Origin: an uncultured Candidatus Saccharibacteria bacterium
GTDB taxonomy: Bacteria; Patescibacteriota; Minisyncoccia; Phycocordibacterales; JAKAEA01
Reading direction: 5' to 3'
NCBI GenBank assembly: GCA_964577595.1
Contig: CAZNZK010000004.1
Coordinates: forward strand, 27,294 to 91,293
Length of the DNA stretch: 64,000 nt
In this document: positions 1 to 9,368 of the stretch, one piece after another
How positions within the stretch are numbered: the first letter of the stretch is position 1
Layout of the letters: the number at the start of each line of letters is the position of its first letter
The notes under the pieces: generated by a model
Seen by the model: only the letters and a program-made list of their open reading frames with translations
Told to the model about the DNA's origin: nothing
Databases searched by the model: none
Translations under genes and position numbers: made by a program

Positions 1-102
1 GCTTCCGTTATCGGCCATATCCTTATCACCACCGTGAACGCCGTTTTAACTGCTGGCGGCAACAATTTACCTAATCAGTCCGATCTAACTTGTACACAGT
101 AA
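1..102 (+). CDS. 3' end of a probable TrbC/VirB2-like pilin (partial at window edge)
   Basis: Frame 1 reads ASVIGHILITTVNAVLTAGGNNLPNQSDLTCTQ* and lies directly upstream of three pilin-like genes. Confidence 0.5.
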   Translation, partial: ASVIGHILITTVNAVLTAGGNNLPNQSDLTCTQ

Positions 103-134
103 AAGTGTATAATCATAATTAATTATCCACACCC

Positions 135-479
135 ATGACCAGCCTGCAACAACTCGTCGCCGCCCTTGTCGGCTTAGCCAATAGCATTATCCCGCTCATG
201 TTGGCGATTGCCGTCATTGTGTTTATTTGGGGCATCATTAATTTCCTCTGGCATCCTGACAAGCCAGATCTTCGTAGTCAAATGAAAACATTCATGATTA
301 TGGGTGTTATTTCCATTGCGGTCATTCTTTCTATTTGGAGCTTGGCTTCATTACTCAAAAACACCCTATTCCCCTCGGCGCCTTGCCCTATAGGCATTCC
401 TGGTTGTGGCGGTACCTCTTCCACGGCCTTGCCAACCTATTCTTCTGGTCCAACTCAAAGCGGTACACCACTTAATTAA
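135..479 (+). CDS. TrbC/VirB2-like pilin (two TM helices)
   Basis: LAIAVIVFIWGII...KTFMIMGVISIAVILSIW pattern typical of CPR pilins. Confidence 0.75.
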   Translation: MTSLQQLVAALVGLANSIIPLMLAIAVIVFIWGIINFLWHPDKPDLRSQMKTFMIMGVISIAVILSIWSLASLLKNTLFPSAPCPIGIPGCGGTSSTALPTYSSGPTQSGTPLN

Positions 480-602
480 CAAAATTTTTATAGACGAAGT
501 CTTATCCACAGGGTTATCTTCAGGCGCTTGCATTTATGGGGCGTGCTTATATAATGAAGACACAAAAATCGTCGCTTAATTAAAGAGCTTATTACTAAAA
601 AT

Positions 603-1031
603 ATGAAAAAAATCGCTTCTTCTGTTGGGCTCATTGTTGGGGGTTTACTCGCCGCTTTGCCGTTCTCAGCTCTTGCGGCCACTGATGCTGGTGGCGTTGG
701 TCAGAATATTATCGGTCAAGCTACCGGCATAGCGCAATCGGCTGGCACACTGGCTAACCAACTCACCCTTACGCTTAATCTTGTTATTGGTGTTCTTATT
801 GCCCTATCGATTGTTGTGTTTATTTGGAGTATTATCAGGTATATCCTTCTGGCGAAATCTGATGATGATAAGAACAGTGCAAAAAAGCAAATGTTGTGGA
901 GTATTGTAGCTATTGCTGTGATTGTTGGTATTTTTGGCATCGCCAACCTTCTTTTGGCCACGTTTGGTGTAAATAATAATCGTCTAAACAACAACCAAAT
1001 TCCAGTAGTTCCTGTTAATGTCTATCAATAA
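603..1031 (+). CDS. TrbC/VirB2-like pilin with signal peptide
   Basis: Signal peptide ending ALAA; VVFIWSIIRYIL...AKKQMLWSIVAIAVI. Confidence 0.8.
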   Translation: MKKIASSVGLIVGGLLAALPFSALAATDAGGVGQNIIGQATGIAQSAGTLANQLTLTLNLVIGVLIALSIVVFIWSIIRYILLAKSDDDKNSAKKQMLWSIVAIAVIVGIFGIANLLLATFGVNNNRLNNNQIPVVPVNVYQ

Positions 1032-1065
1032 TATTTAGGTTTTCAGTAGGGTAAATTACTAAATC

Positions 1066-1431
1066 GTGAACCCCTCTCACTTACTCGCGGCGACGGGCGC
1101 AGCAGCTAATGGTATTTCTGCCAGCCCGATATATCAGGCAATTCGCGACGACATTATTCTGCCACTCATTACTCTGGCTTTTGCTGTCGCGCTTATTATC
1201 TTTATTTGGGGCGCGCTCGGCTATATTTTAGCCTTGCGCAAGGGCGACACTGATGTGGGTCGGCAGAATGGCCAGCGACACATGTTTTGGGGCGCTATCG
1301 GCATGGCTATTATGATTTCCGTTTTCGGCATCCTGCAATTCATTATTGGCACCCTGCAAAGCCTACCGGGGGGTACTACCGGCTGGAATGGCCAGGCCCC
1401 CTACACGCCGCCGGAGGTGAGTGGTTTATAA
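1066..1431 (+). CDS. TrbC/VirB2-like pilin
   Basis: ALIIFIWGALGYI...GQRHMFWGAIGMAIMIS. Confidence 0.75.
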   Translation: MNPSHLLAATGAAANGISASPIYQAIRDDIILPLITLAFAVALIIFIWGALGYILALRKGDTDVGRQNGQRHMFWGAIGMAIMISVFGILQFIIGTLQSLPGGTTGWNGQAPYTPPEVSGL

Positions 1432-1447
1432 AATTCTTTGCAAGAAA

Positions 1448-1484
1448 AAACCCCTCACCAATGTGGTGCGGGGTTTCGTGTTTT
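1448..1484. terminator. Probable bidirectional intrinsic terminator
   Basis: aaacccc..ggggttt hairpin flanked by A and T tracts between convergent genes. Confidence 0.55.
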
Positions 1485-1504
1485 CGGCTTTCAGTTAACT
1501 AACG

Positions 1505-2545
1505 TCACTGGTCGTGCCGAAGTTCCAACCAGTAGGTGAAGGTGACATCCTTACTGCCGGTGTTGAGGACGCGAACGATGTTCTCGTTGATGTCGGGAAG
1601 CAGGTTCGTGCCCATTTCCGGCCGGAATTCATACCAGTCATCCTTGCTGGCGGGGTTTTGTTTGACGCACATTGCCACCTTGCCGGTTTCGCTGCAATGG
1701 AAGCGGTAGTGGCCGATGATTGCGCCGTTTGCCAGCTCAGTGAGCGTGATGTCGCACTCCTGACACGGTTTGAGAGTTACCACAACCGCTTCGCCCTTGC
1801 CGCTGAGGCTTTCCGGCAGGATGGGGGCGAGGCTGCCCGGCTGACGCGCGAACGTTGACTGGGTAGCTTTCGCAGGTGCTTCCGGGCCGACGGGCGCCTT
1901 TGGGGTTGCTGGGGTTTCAGGCAACATCACGAAACTTAAACTTTGCTTGTCGACCATAATGGTCATAAGCTTAGTACCGGCTTCGTTTTCGGCTGCTACC
2001 GCAACTTGATCCTGCCCCGCCGGAATAACAACCGGCACCTTGATGATTTGGCCGGGGGACGCGGCGTACCTGACGGTAGCGCCTGTTGCGTCCTTGCCAA
2101 CATCAAGGTAGACGATGTTGCTCGTCGTATTTTCATACGTGAGCGTTATCGTCACGGGCTGGGTGGTCGGCTGCGGATTGCTCGGGGTGGCAAAGAGCCA
2201 CCAGAAGAAATAGCAAACGACCACAAGCACGAGGATGCCAGCACTTGTTGCCACCACGGTGGCAATCAAGGTGCCAATAGCGCCAACGATCCACGCTGCC
2301 CACTTCTTGATTTTCTGGGCGATTGTTGCCCCGGGTACCGCTGTGCGAGCTGGCGGTGTTGCGGCGGGAGGGGTGCCGCCTGTTGCTGTGCCGGTGCCAG
2401 CCGCGGCGCTCGTCTTGTTTTTGTGCAAGAGAGCGACGAGCCCGGCAATACTGGCGCTGATGGCTGTGACGATTATGCCGACGATCACGCAAAGCGCGAT
2501 AATGAGCACAATCACACCGACTACGATCCATATCAAGGAACTCAT
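1505..2545 (-). CDS. Hypothetical membrane protein (two hydrophobic segments, Pro/Thr/Ala linkers)
   Basis: 346-aa ORF with GGAG SD and its own TTGACT-N16-TAGAAT promoter upstream. Confidence 0.7.
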   Translation of the reverse strand: MSSLIWIVVGVIVLIIALCVIVGIIVTAISASIAGLVALLHKNKTSAAAGTGTATGGTPPAATPPARTAVPGATIAQKIKKWAAWIVGAIGTLIATVVATSAGILVLVVVCYFFWWLFATPSNPQPTTQPVTITLTYENTTSNIVYLDVGKDATGATVRYAASPGQIIKVPVVIPAGQDQVAVAAENEAGTKLMTIMVDKQSLSFVMLPETPATPKAPVGPEAPAKATQSTFARQPGSLAPILPESLSGKGEAVVVTLKPCQECDITLTELANGAIIGHYRFHCSETGKVAMCVKQNPASKDDWYEFRPEMGTNLLPDINENIVRVLNTGSKDVTFTYWLELRHDQ

Positions 2546-2672
2546 AGAAAATCTCCAATAAAGGGTTCTCCGGAAGTTTGTGTGTCCGAAACGTTCGGAA
2601 CAGGTAAATCTGCTAACATTCTAGCATATTATAGAAAAAAGTCAAGTGTTTCTACGGCCTAGCTTAGCCATG

Positions 2673-2700
2673 AAAAAGCCAGTCCGGGGAGGACTGGCTG
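2673..2700 (-). terminator. Intrinsic terminator after the SPFH-like gene
   Basis: agccagtcc/ggactggct hairpin followed by a U tract on the minus strand. Confidence 0.65.
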
Positions 2701-2728
2701 GAAAGAACGGTTGAAAAACTAGAGGAAC

Positions 2729-4105
2729 TTAGGTGGAATTGGGCCGCTGTGCCTTGGGTCGTCCCGATTTGGACGGTGGTGCTGGTGCCGGAGGTTGGGC
2801 GGGCGCTGAGGCCTGGGGCGGCTCGGGCGCGTGAGTTGGGGGCGGAACCGGAGTGGGCTGGGGTGGCGGATTTAGGTTTACTAAAGGAGTAGCATTTGCT
2901 CCCGGGAAGAAAACAGTGCTTACTCCTTTGAGCCCTGAACCAAACGCCTCGTTGGCCGCAACTGTTGCCATGGCTGGCGAAGTGTTGAGGGCCGCACCTT
3001 GCTTGGTATAGATTTCGGCTTGCTGGTTACCGACAAGGTCAAGGGCCTGTTTTTTGCCCTCGGCTTCTAGGATGGCGGCCTGCTTGTTACCTTCAGCAAG
3101 AGTAATGAGCGCTTGTTTTTCACCAAGAGCTTGGACTGCTTTGGCTTTACCGGCCCGTTCTTTCTCGGCGATGTCCGCGTCACCCTTAAGTTCGGCTATT
3201 TTCTTGGCTTCCAGCGCTGTTTGTTCCGCGGGCTTGCCGACGCTATAACCCTTGAAGTCAAAGGAGATAACCTCCATACCCGACGTTCTTCTAACGCTAG
3301 TATCCAGCTTCATTGCCTCAAGAATCGCTTCTTCTAGATGAGCAAAGGTGCCCGGAGTACTGATGGTTCCCGGAGTGCCGACTTTGTCGGCGGCAAGAAA
3401 GTCATCAATTTTTTTGCCTCGAAGAGCGTTGATGAGGATGCCCTCTATAGCGGCTCGTACTTTTGCGAACCATTCGCCACGAAGAATGATTACCGGAGTG
3501 TATGGGTCAAATGCTCGTACAGTGAATGCGCCACGAATGGTGACACGAAATGCTCCTTCCAGTTCAATGTCTTTCACTGTGATGGGATAGACAAATTGGG
3601 AGGCTAGATAGTCCGTCCTCGTCGTGCGGTGCATGATTCCTTCAACCTCATCACGCGCATAGCCCTCCTGGTTGGGGGGGTCGCCGGGGCGGATTTCCCG
3701 ATCATAGGAGAAGTCGTAGTCCCAAATCCGATGGGGAGGAAGACCAATCAAATAGACGCCAAACAGTCTTTCACAAAAACTGGGCCGCTGTGATTCGTCT
3801 TCACTGTTAGGGTCTGGTTCTGTTTGCCAAGGATTCCGACAGTCTTCGGGGTGGTGGACAAGTTTCCATCCCCGTAGCCGGTAGATAATCTTGACGATAT
3901 CTCCAGATTTTTCGTAGCCGCCTTTCGTGAGGAATTTGAATTTTCCGTCCTCACGGAAGGTAAACAGAATGTTTTTTTCTGCCAGCAGGCTGAAAGCCTA
4001 ACGAAGCAGAACTAAACATCCGGGGAGCGCGATTGCCACAATGACAACCACGACAGCGATGCACAACAGTGCAAAGAGTAACAGGAATAGTAAAAACGCA
4101 AACAT
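2729..4105 (-). pseudogene. SPFH/band-7 (flotillin-like) membrane protein disrupted near its N-terminus
   Basis: The open frame extends upstream of 3751 to about 3997 (AFSLLAEKNILFTFREDG...). The TM leader MFAFLLFLLLFALLCIAVVVVIV starts at 4105 in another frame and stops after 30 aa. AEG-repeat coiled coil and Pro-rich tail. Confidence 0.6.
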
Positions 4106-4248
4106 GCGAACCTCACTTTCAAGTCAAAGGTTTTGTTTCTAGTCAAATAACAATCTGTGCGTGATTATATCACTTTTTTGAGCTATGTCAATATTTTTTC
4201 AGGCCGTGAGGTGCGGTGCCCGACCAAAATAAGTGGTACCTCGTGTAG

Positions 4249-4331
4249 TGGGCGGGGAGGGACTTGAACCCTCAACCCCTTGCGGGACATGGTCCTAAGC
4301 CATGCGCGTCTGCCAATTTCGCCACCCGCCC
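4249..4331 (-). tRNA. tRNA-Leu (TAG)
   Basis: Cloverleaf with long variable arm; anticodon arm catgg-cttagga-ccatg; GTTCAAGTC T loop. Confidence 0.95.
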
Positions 4332-4373
4332 GTTTTTACTGTTACTGCATTTCTTTATATCGTGTCTGCCGTG

Positions 4374-4446
4374 TCCGCCCAGTAGGAGTCGAACCTACGA
4401 CATTCCGCTTAAGAGGCGGCTACTCTACCAGCTGAGTTATGGGCGG
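4374..4446 (-). tRNA. tRNA-Lys (CTT)
   Basis: Cloverleaf; anticodon loop ctcttaa; GTTCGACTC T loop. Confidence 0.93.
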
Positions 4447-5184
4447 GGTCTTCTTGTGTAGATTAGCAGGTCTTTTAGTGTTTCGCAATTTATTCCACCC
4501 CTGTTTGTGTATAGACGTATCTTTTATCGTGTCTTTTAGAGTGCCTTGGATCCAGCCAAATATTCTATGTTTTAAATCTGTACTTTTTGGAATAGTAATT
4601 TTTATGGTGCCATAATACAAAACATTTTTCTTCCAGTTTTTATTAGTCGGTTTGATATAACTTTTGCCGAAATTCTCCAGGGGGATATCGCACAACTCCG
4701 ACCAAAAACGTTTTATTGATTTTTCATTTTGTTGATTGTAAATATTGAGGCGGGCTCGCAGGAAGTGGGGTGAAATGAGAAATACCTCCTCAATCCAATG
4801 AACCATGAATAAAATTAAAGACGGATCGGAGTTGGTCATTTCAAATCCTTTACCTTTTGTTCCCTCTGCCCAATACAGAAAACAACCAAGAAGCCGCACG
4901 GTCTCCTTTGAAAGAGGCACCACTACTTCTTTTGAGGCGGTGTTGATGATTTCGTCGATCTCTTTTCTTCTACGCGCAGTCTGATTTTTTAGTGATGCAT
5001 TTAGTAGGATGATTTGTTTTGTGTATAAGGCCTTTCGTTGGCTTTCAGTAAGTACAATTTCTTTCAGAAAAAAACTTAAGGTACTTTTGGAAAGTCCGGT
5101 TTGTTTTCTGATATCTCCGTAACTCAATCCTTGTTTACGGAGGGTGATTGCTTTCTGTTTAATTTCCTCAGAGACTTTTCGCAC
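4420..5184 (-). CDS. HTH plus LAGLIDADG-like (LYWAEG motif) protein whose 3' end overlaps tRNA-Lys
   Basis: N-terminal KAITLRKQGLSYGDI..LSKSTLS HTH; LGCFLYWAEG..MTNSDP motif; AT-rich. Confidence 0.7.
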   Translation of the reverse strand: MRKVSEEIKQKAITLRKQGLSYGDIRKQTGLSKSTLSFFLKEIVLTESQRKALYTKQIILLNASLKNQTARRRKEIDEIINTASKEVVVPLSKETVRLLGCFLYWAEGTKGKGFEMTNSDPSLILFMVHWIEEVFLISPHFLRARLNIYNQQNEKSIKRFWSELCDIPLENFGKSYIKPTNKNWKKNVLYYGTIKITIPKSTDLKHRIFGWIQGTLKDTIKDTSIHKQGWNKLRNTKRPANLHKKTPPITQLVE

Positions 5185-5246
5185 CGAGGAATTTTATCAA
5201 CCAAAGATACTATCGGGGAATAGTATTTCTGTGTTTTAGTAAGAAT

Positions 5247-5612
5247 TTACTTGGCCAGCGTGCCTGGCGCAATTCCCGCATTTGGTTCAAGCAGGGAAAA
5301 ATTGCCGGCGGTGTCGGAAACGGCGAAAAGCATGCCGTTACTTTCGTGGCCGCGAATGGTACGGGGTTCCAAGTTAGCAACAAACATGCAGGTTTTGCCG
5401 ACGAGAATTGTCGGATCAGGGAAATACGCAGAAATGCCCGAAACAATTTGGCGTGGCTTTGGCTTTGTGGTGCCATCGACTGCTGTTTCGGTTTCAGCAA
5501 AATCAACCGAGAGTTTTAAAAGCTTGTCGGTATCAGGAATTTTTTCAGCCGAAAGGATTTTGCCGGCGCGAATTTCAATTTTTTTAAAGTCGTCAAAGGT
5601 GATAGTGCTCAT
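5247..5612 (-). CDS. tRNA-binding OB-fold protein (Trbp111/CsaA/MetRS C-terminal-like)
   Basis: ITFDDFKKIEIRAGKILSAEKIPDTDKLLKL...ANLEPRTIRGHESNGM; start placed at the MSTIT ATG. Confidence 0.9.
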   Translation of the reverse strand: MSTITFDDFKKIEIRAGKILSAEKIPDTDKLLKLSVDFAETETAVDGTTKPKPRQIVSGISAYFPDPTILVGKTCMFVANLEPRTIRGHESNGMLFAVSDTAGNFSLLEPNAGIAPGTLAK

Positions 5613-5911
5613 GGTTTTGAATTCTCCTGCATAAAACGGAAATAATCGGCCCAGGTTTCTTCGGTAATAGCTTGGCAAGTTTCTTCCGAAAGGGGCGGCA
5701 GGGTGTTTTTATGCTCGGCAAAGTATGTGATAAGTTCTGGGCCGGAAAGGGCCGCGACGGCTTTTTGCGTGGCTTCGTCGGTCGTCTCAATGTATTTGGT
5801 AAGAATGTCCTCCGTAATTATGTCTTGTACCTCGGTAATAATAGCGTCAAGCTCGCCTTCTTCGGCACCAAGTGAAAGCAGTTTTTCTTTTGTGGTTGTG
5901 GTGTCGTGCAT
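5609..5911 (-). CDS. Hypothetical acidic protein
   Basis: 100-aa ORF overlapping the next start codon, operon-like. Confidence 0.65.
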   Translation of the reverse strand: MHDTTTTKEKLLSLGAEEGELDAIITEVQDIITEDILTKYIETTDEATQKAVAALSGPELITYFAEHKNTLPPLSEETCQAITEETWADYFRFMQENSKP

Positions 5912-5922
5912 AATCGCTTTAG

Positions 5923-6222
5923 TTATTTTTTCTCGGCAGGCTTCTTCTCCTCGGACTTCTTTTCTGTTGGTTTCTTGTCTGTGGATTTCCCTTTTGTGTC
6001 TTTAATGCCGGCGTACATGGCCGCGCCACCGCCGAGCATGATGGCGAAAGGGGTGGCCCAGCCGAGGGCGATGAGAGCGGCAACGCCGAGGCCTGTTGCC
6101 GTCACCGCCGACGCAATAGGGAAGGCTCTGCTATTTTTGATTTTCTCGCGGGACTTTTTCAGCCACTCCGCGTTGAGTAGGTTGAACGGTGATTTTTCCT
6201 GACTCGGTGCTTTTTCGCTCAT
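5923..6222 (-). CDS. Small hypothetical membrane protein
   Basis: Hydrophobic hairpin and Lys/Glu-rich tail; -10-like TGCTATACT just upstream of ATG. Confidence 0.65.
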   Translation of the reverse strand: MSEKAPSQEKSPFNLLNAEWLKKSREKIKNSRAFPIASAVTATGLGVAALIALGWATPFAIMLGGGAAMYAGIKDTKGKSTDKKPTEKKSEEKKPAEKK

Positions 6223-6248
6223 AAAAAGAGTATAGCAGATTTTTAGTG

Positions 6249-6336
6249 TGGTGCCCGGGGCCGGAATCGAACCGGCAGGAGCGTTTGGCTCATAACATTT
6301 TAAGTGTTACGTGTTTACCAATTTCACCACCCGGGC
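6249..6336 (-). tRNA. tRNA-Leu (TAA), CCA encoded
   Basis: taaca-cttaaaa-tgtta anticodon arm; long variable arm. Confidence 0.95.
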
Positions 6337-6352
6337 AATTTACTTATCACGG

Positions 6353-6423
6353 CATCATTTTGCATGAGCTTTCGCCGGGGCTTGCATCGTTCATCTCCCC
6401 AAGAAAGCTCATGCAAAATGATG
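6353..6423. repeat. 21-bp perfect inverted repeat between tRNA-Cys and tRNA-Leu
   Basis: catcattttgcatgagctttc (6353-6373) / gaaagctcatgcaaaatgatg (6403-6423). Confidence 0.85.
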
Positions 6424-6424
6424 T

Positions 6425-6500
6425 TGGAGGCGTAGACCGGAGTTGAACCGGTGCATAGCAGTTTTGCAGACTGCCGCGTTAACCACTTCGCCACTACGCC
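6425..6500 (-). tRNA. tRNA-Cys (GCA), CCA encoded
   Basis: gcagt-ctgcaaa-actgc anticodon arm; first 7 nt overlap the rbfA stop. Confidence 0.95.
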
Positions 6501-6877
6501 GTTTTTTCTTCTATTGTTTCTATGCCGCGCTGAAATTGCTTTTGATGTGCTTCCTCCTGATTGGAAAGCTCGTCCATCCGCTGACGATTCTTTTCGCCGA
6601 CGTCAATGGCGAAAGCAACCTTTGGCAACATACGCATTCGCGCGTGTAAAATGACGTATGCTCCGAATTCTCGCCTTTTTCTGCCTAAGAAGTCAAGGAC
6701 GGCCGCTTCGCGTGTGGTGGGTAATACAGTTATATAGATAGTGATATTGCGGCCACGATTGGCTTCTTCGGCGTGGGTGACGGTGATTAGCGATTGGCCG
6801 GCCGATTCGCGGTTGATAAACTCCGCGGCTAGCTCCGCAAAGATAGTTTCAGCTCGGGCGCTTTTAAGGGAGGCCAT
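6494..6877 (-). CDS. rbfA: Ribosome-binding factor A
   Basis: LITVTHAE...MLPKVAFAID; directly downstream of infB. Confidence 0.85.
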   Translation of the reverse strand: MASLKSARAETIFAELAAEFINRESAGQSLITVTHAEEANRGRNITIYITVLPTTREAAVLDFLGRKRREFGAYVILHARMRMLPKVAFAIDVGEKNRQRMDELSNQEEAHQKQFQRGIETIEEKTA

Positions 6878-6878
6878 G

Positions 6879-8477
6879 TTATTTTTCTACGATAATAAAA
6901 GCTTCTAAGCGGTCGCCAGGCACAATGTCAAACTTTGATTCCACCATGGCGCCGAATTCCTGACCTTCCGGGATTTCGGTGGCTTTGGTTTTCTGACGCT
7001 GCAGTTCGCGCACTCGGCCGCGGCCGATTTCAAAGTCGCGGCGCATAATTTTTACTTCCGCGCCGAGTTTCATGAGACCTTTTTCCACGCGGCCGCCGAG
7101 GATCTGTTTGTCTTTTGCGCGACTGAAAAGTTTGAGGACTTTGGCGGTGCCGGTGGGCTCCTCCACTTTCATTTTTGGTACCTGATTTACCGCGTGTTCG
7201 CCGAGCCATTCGGAAAGCTTGTAAATAATGTCAAAAAGCTGGATGTTGACGCCACTATTTTGGCTCATGCCTTTGGCGGCACTACCGACACCAACACCGA
7301 AACCGAGAATAATTGCTTTTTTATCGGACAGGGCGGTTTTTATATCGCTTTCGTTAACATCGCCGATGCCGCTACTGACGACTTTGATAGTAAGGCGGTC
7401 GTGGTGGATTTTTGCCACTTCTTGTTTTAAAGCATCCAAGCCGCCGACGTCAGCGGCTTTGAGAATGAGGGGCAGAGAACCAACAGGCATTTCTTCGGCG
7501 GGTTCGGTGGTTGTTCCAGTAGCAGTAACAGCCGCTGGCTTAGCGCTTGGCCTCATCACTCGCGGTTTTTGTTCCGAACGCTTATTTTTTTCAGTTTCAA
7601 TGAATACCTCAGCTTCTTTCTTTGAATCAAATGTTTGAAATGGGGAACCGACGGGTGGTAATTCGCTCCAACCGAAAAGGCGCACAGGGCTTGAGAAGCT
7701 TGCCTCTTTTATAGGAGCGCCAGCGGTGGTTTCCATGACACGCACTGGGGTGGAGGCGAGGCCGGCGACAATAGTGGTCCCAGTGCGGATGGTGCCGTTC
7801 TTAATAATAAGCGTGGCAGCAATGCCTTTTTTGCGGTCTATGGCCGCGTCAACGATAATGCCGGTAGCCGGCACATTTGCGTCGCCAGTGAGCGCGGCAA
7901 GGTCGGCGGTCAAATCCACCATGTCCAAAAGCTCGGGCACGCCTTGGCCAGTTTTGGCCGAAATAGCTACCCAGGAGACGTCGCCACCGTAGCCTTCAAC
8001 ATAAATGTCATTTTCGGCGAGATTGGTTTTGGTGCGCTCTACGCTGGCGCCCTCTTTGTCTATCTTATTGATGGCAACAATAAAAGGGATTTTAGCGGTA
8101 CGGATAGCGTCGCGAGCTTCAATAGTTTGCGGGCGGACGCCATCTTCGGCGGAAACAACTAAAATGGCAATGTCGGCAACATTAGCACCGCGCGAACGGA
8201 TGGCGGAAAAAGCTTCATGACCAGGCGTATCCAAAAAAGTAATACGACGCAGAACAGCTTCTGCACCATTGCCGCCAGTGGCGGTGCGCTCCACTTCATA
8301 AGCCGAAACTTTCTGGGTAATGCCGCCAGCTTCGCCGTCAACGGTGTTGGTGCGGCGAATGTAATCCAAGAGGGTGCTTTTGCCGTGGTCAACGTGCCCT
8401 AAAACCGCCACCACCGGAGGGCGGGATAGGGTGCCGTTGTTGGCAATTTTTATGGTGTTTTTATTTTTTGTTGGCAT
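6879..8477 (-). CDS. infB: Translation initiation factor IF-2 (short form)
   Basis: RPPVVAVLGHVDHGKS, GGITQ, DTPGHEAF, NKID motifs. Confidence 0.97.
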   Translation of the reverse strand: MPTKNKNTIKIANNGTLSRPPVVAVLGHVDHGKSTLLDYIRRTNTVDGEAGGITQKVSAYEVERTATGGNGAEAVLRRITFLDTPGHEAFSAIRSRGANVADIAILVVSAEDGVRPQTIEARDAIRTAKIPFIVAINKIDKEGASVERTKTNLAENDIYVEGYGGDVSWVAISAKTGQGVPELLDMVDLTADLAALTGDANVPATGIIVDAAIDRKKGIAATLIIKNGTIRTGTTIVAGLASTPVRVMETTAGAPIKEASFSSPVRLFGWSELPPVGSPFQTFDSKKEAEVFIETEKNKRSEQKPRVMRPSAKPAAVTATGTTTEPAEEMPVGSLPLILKAADVGGLDALKQEVAKIHHDRLTIKVVSSGIGDVNESDIKTALSDKKAIILGFGVGVGSAAKGMSQNSGVNIQLFDIIYKLSEWLGEHAVNQVPKMKVEEPTGTAKVLKLFSRAKDKQILGGRVEKGLMKLGAEVKIMRRDFEIGRGRVRELQRQKTKATEIPEGQEFGAMVESKFDIVPGDRLEAFIIVEK

Positions 8478-8977
8478 ATGTTGATGGCCGACCGCTCTTC
8501 TTCAGAAAGTTCGTGATCGGAAACAAAATTTTTGACCGGCTTGCCGAAGACGCTGATGCGGTCGCGAGCGTAAAGGGAGGTGACCACGAGGCCGTCGCCG
8601 TGCTCATTAATAAACGCGGCACTGAAACTGTTATTGCCGCCGTTGCCGGTGCCTTGAAACGGGTTGTAGCGCACAGTGCCCACTGCTTGAACACTTTTTT
8701 TCAGGCGATGCTCAACGGTGAGCAAGTACTGCTCCATATCCTTAGTGAATTTTCGCAGCTCGGTTAAATCACTGGCGGCGCGCACCAAGGCTTGTTCAAT
8801 TGATTGAGCGCCCGTTTTATTACTGCCGCCGAAAATATCACCGACCGCCAGGACGCGGTTGATACGGTGATAGAGCCAGCCAACACGAAGCGTGATAATG
8901 ATCAAAAATAAGCCGATAGCAAATGCGGCCAAAAGCAAGAGGTGTTGACTAAGAACGGTAATCGTGTGCGCGAACAT
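8450..8977 (-). CDS. DUF4446-like membrane protein
   Basis: N-terminal TM; VRYNPF..GGNNSFSAAFINEHGDGLVVTSLYARD..LSEEE. Confidence 0.8.
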   Translation of the reverse strand: MFAHTITVLSQHLLLLAAFAIGLFLIIITLRVGWLYHRINRVLAVGDIFGGSNKTGAQSIEQALVRAASDLTELRKFTKDMEQYLLTVEHRLKKSVQAVGTVRYNPFQGTGNGGNNSFSAAFINEHGDGLVVTSLYARDRISVFGKPVKNFVSDHELSEEERSAINICQQKIKTP

Positions 8978-9237
8978 GGTTTTTCCGCAGTTAAAATCTT
9001 TCTTAAGATTCTCTCAAATCTTTATGAACTGCCGATTTCCTTACTATACTACAAAAGCTGGCTTTCGCCAAAGCAGCTCTTGTTTTTTTGGCTGAAATAA
9101 TGTGTGCTGTTGTGCACGGTCAAGTATTTGGAGTGTGTTCTTCGTAACCGAATATAACTGGCGTTATTAGCTATTGATATGGTTTGGGAGGCGGTCGGTT
9201 CGCTTTCGCCAGTTTGTTCTTCGCGGTAGCTCAATTA

Positions 9238-9269
9238 AACCGTGCCTGTGAAAATGGGTACGGTTTTTT
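9238..9269 (+). terminator. Terminator-like hairpin
   Basis: aaaccgtgcc/gggtacggttt followed by a T tract. Confidence 0.5.
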
Positions 9270-9368
9270 CTATGACGTTACTGTCATTTTAGTTTTCCCC
9301 TTACGGAAATTGTACTGAACAGTATTCCGATTTATTATGGTATTATATTTCGTAGTTTCGAAACTTTT

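Noticed and set aside
4240-4250. ctcgtgtagtg shared between the tRNA-Leu flank and 22090-22100
   Set aside because: Only 11 bp and in opposite orientation relative to the tRNAs; compatible with chance.
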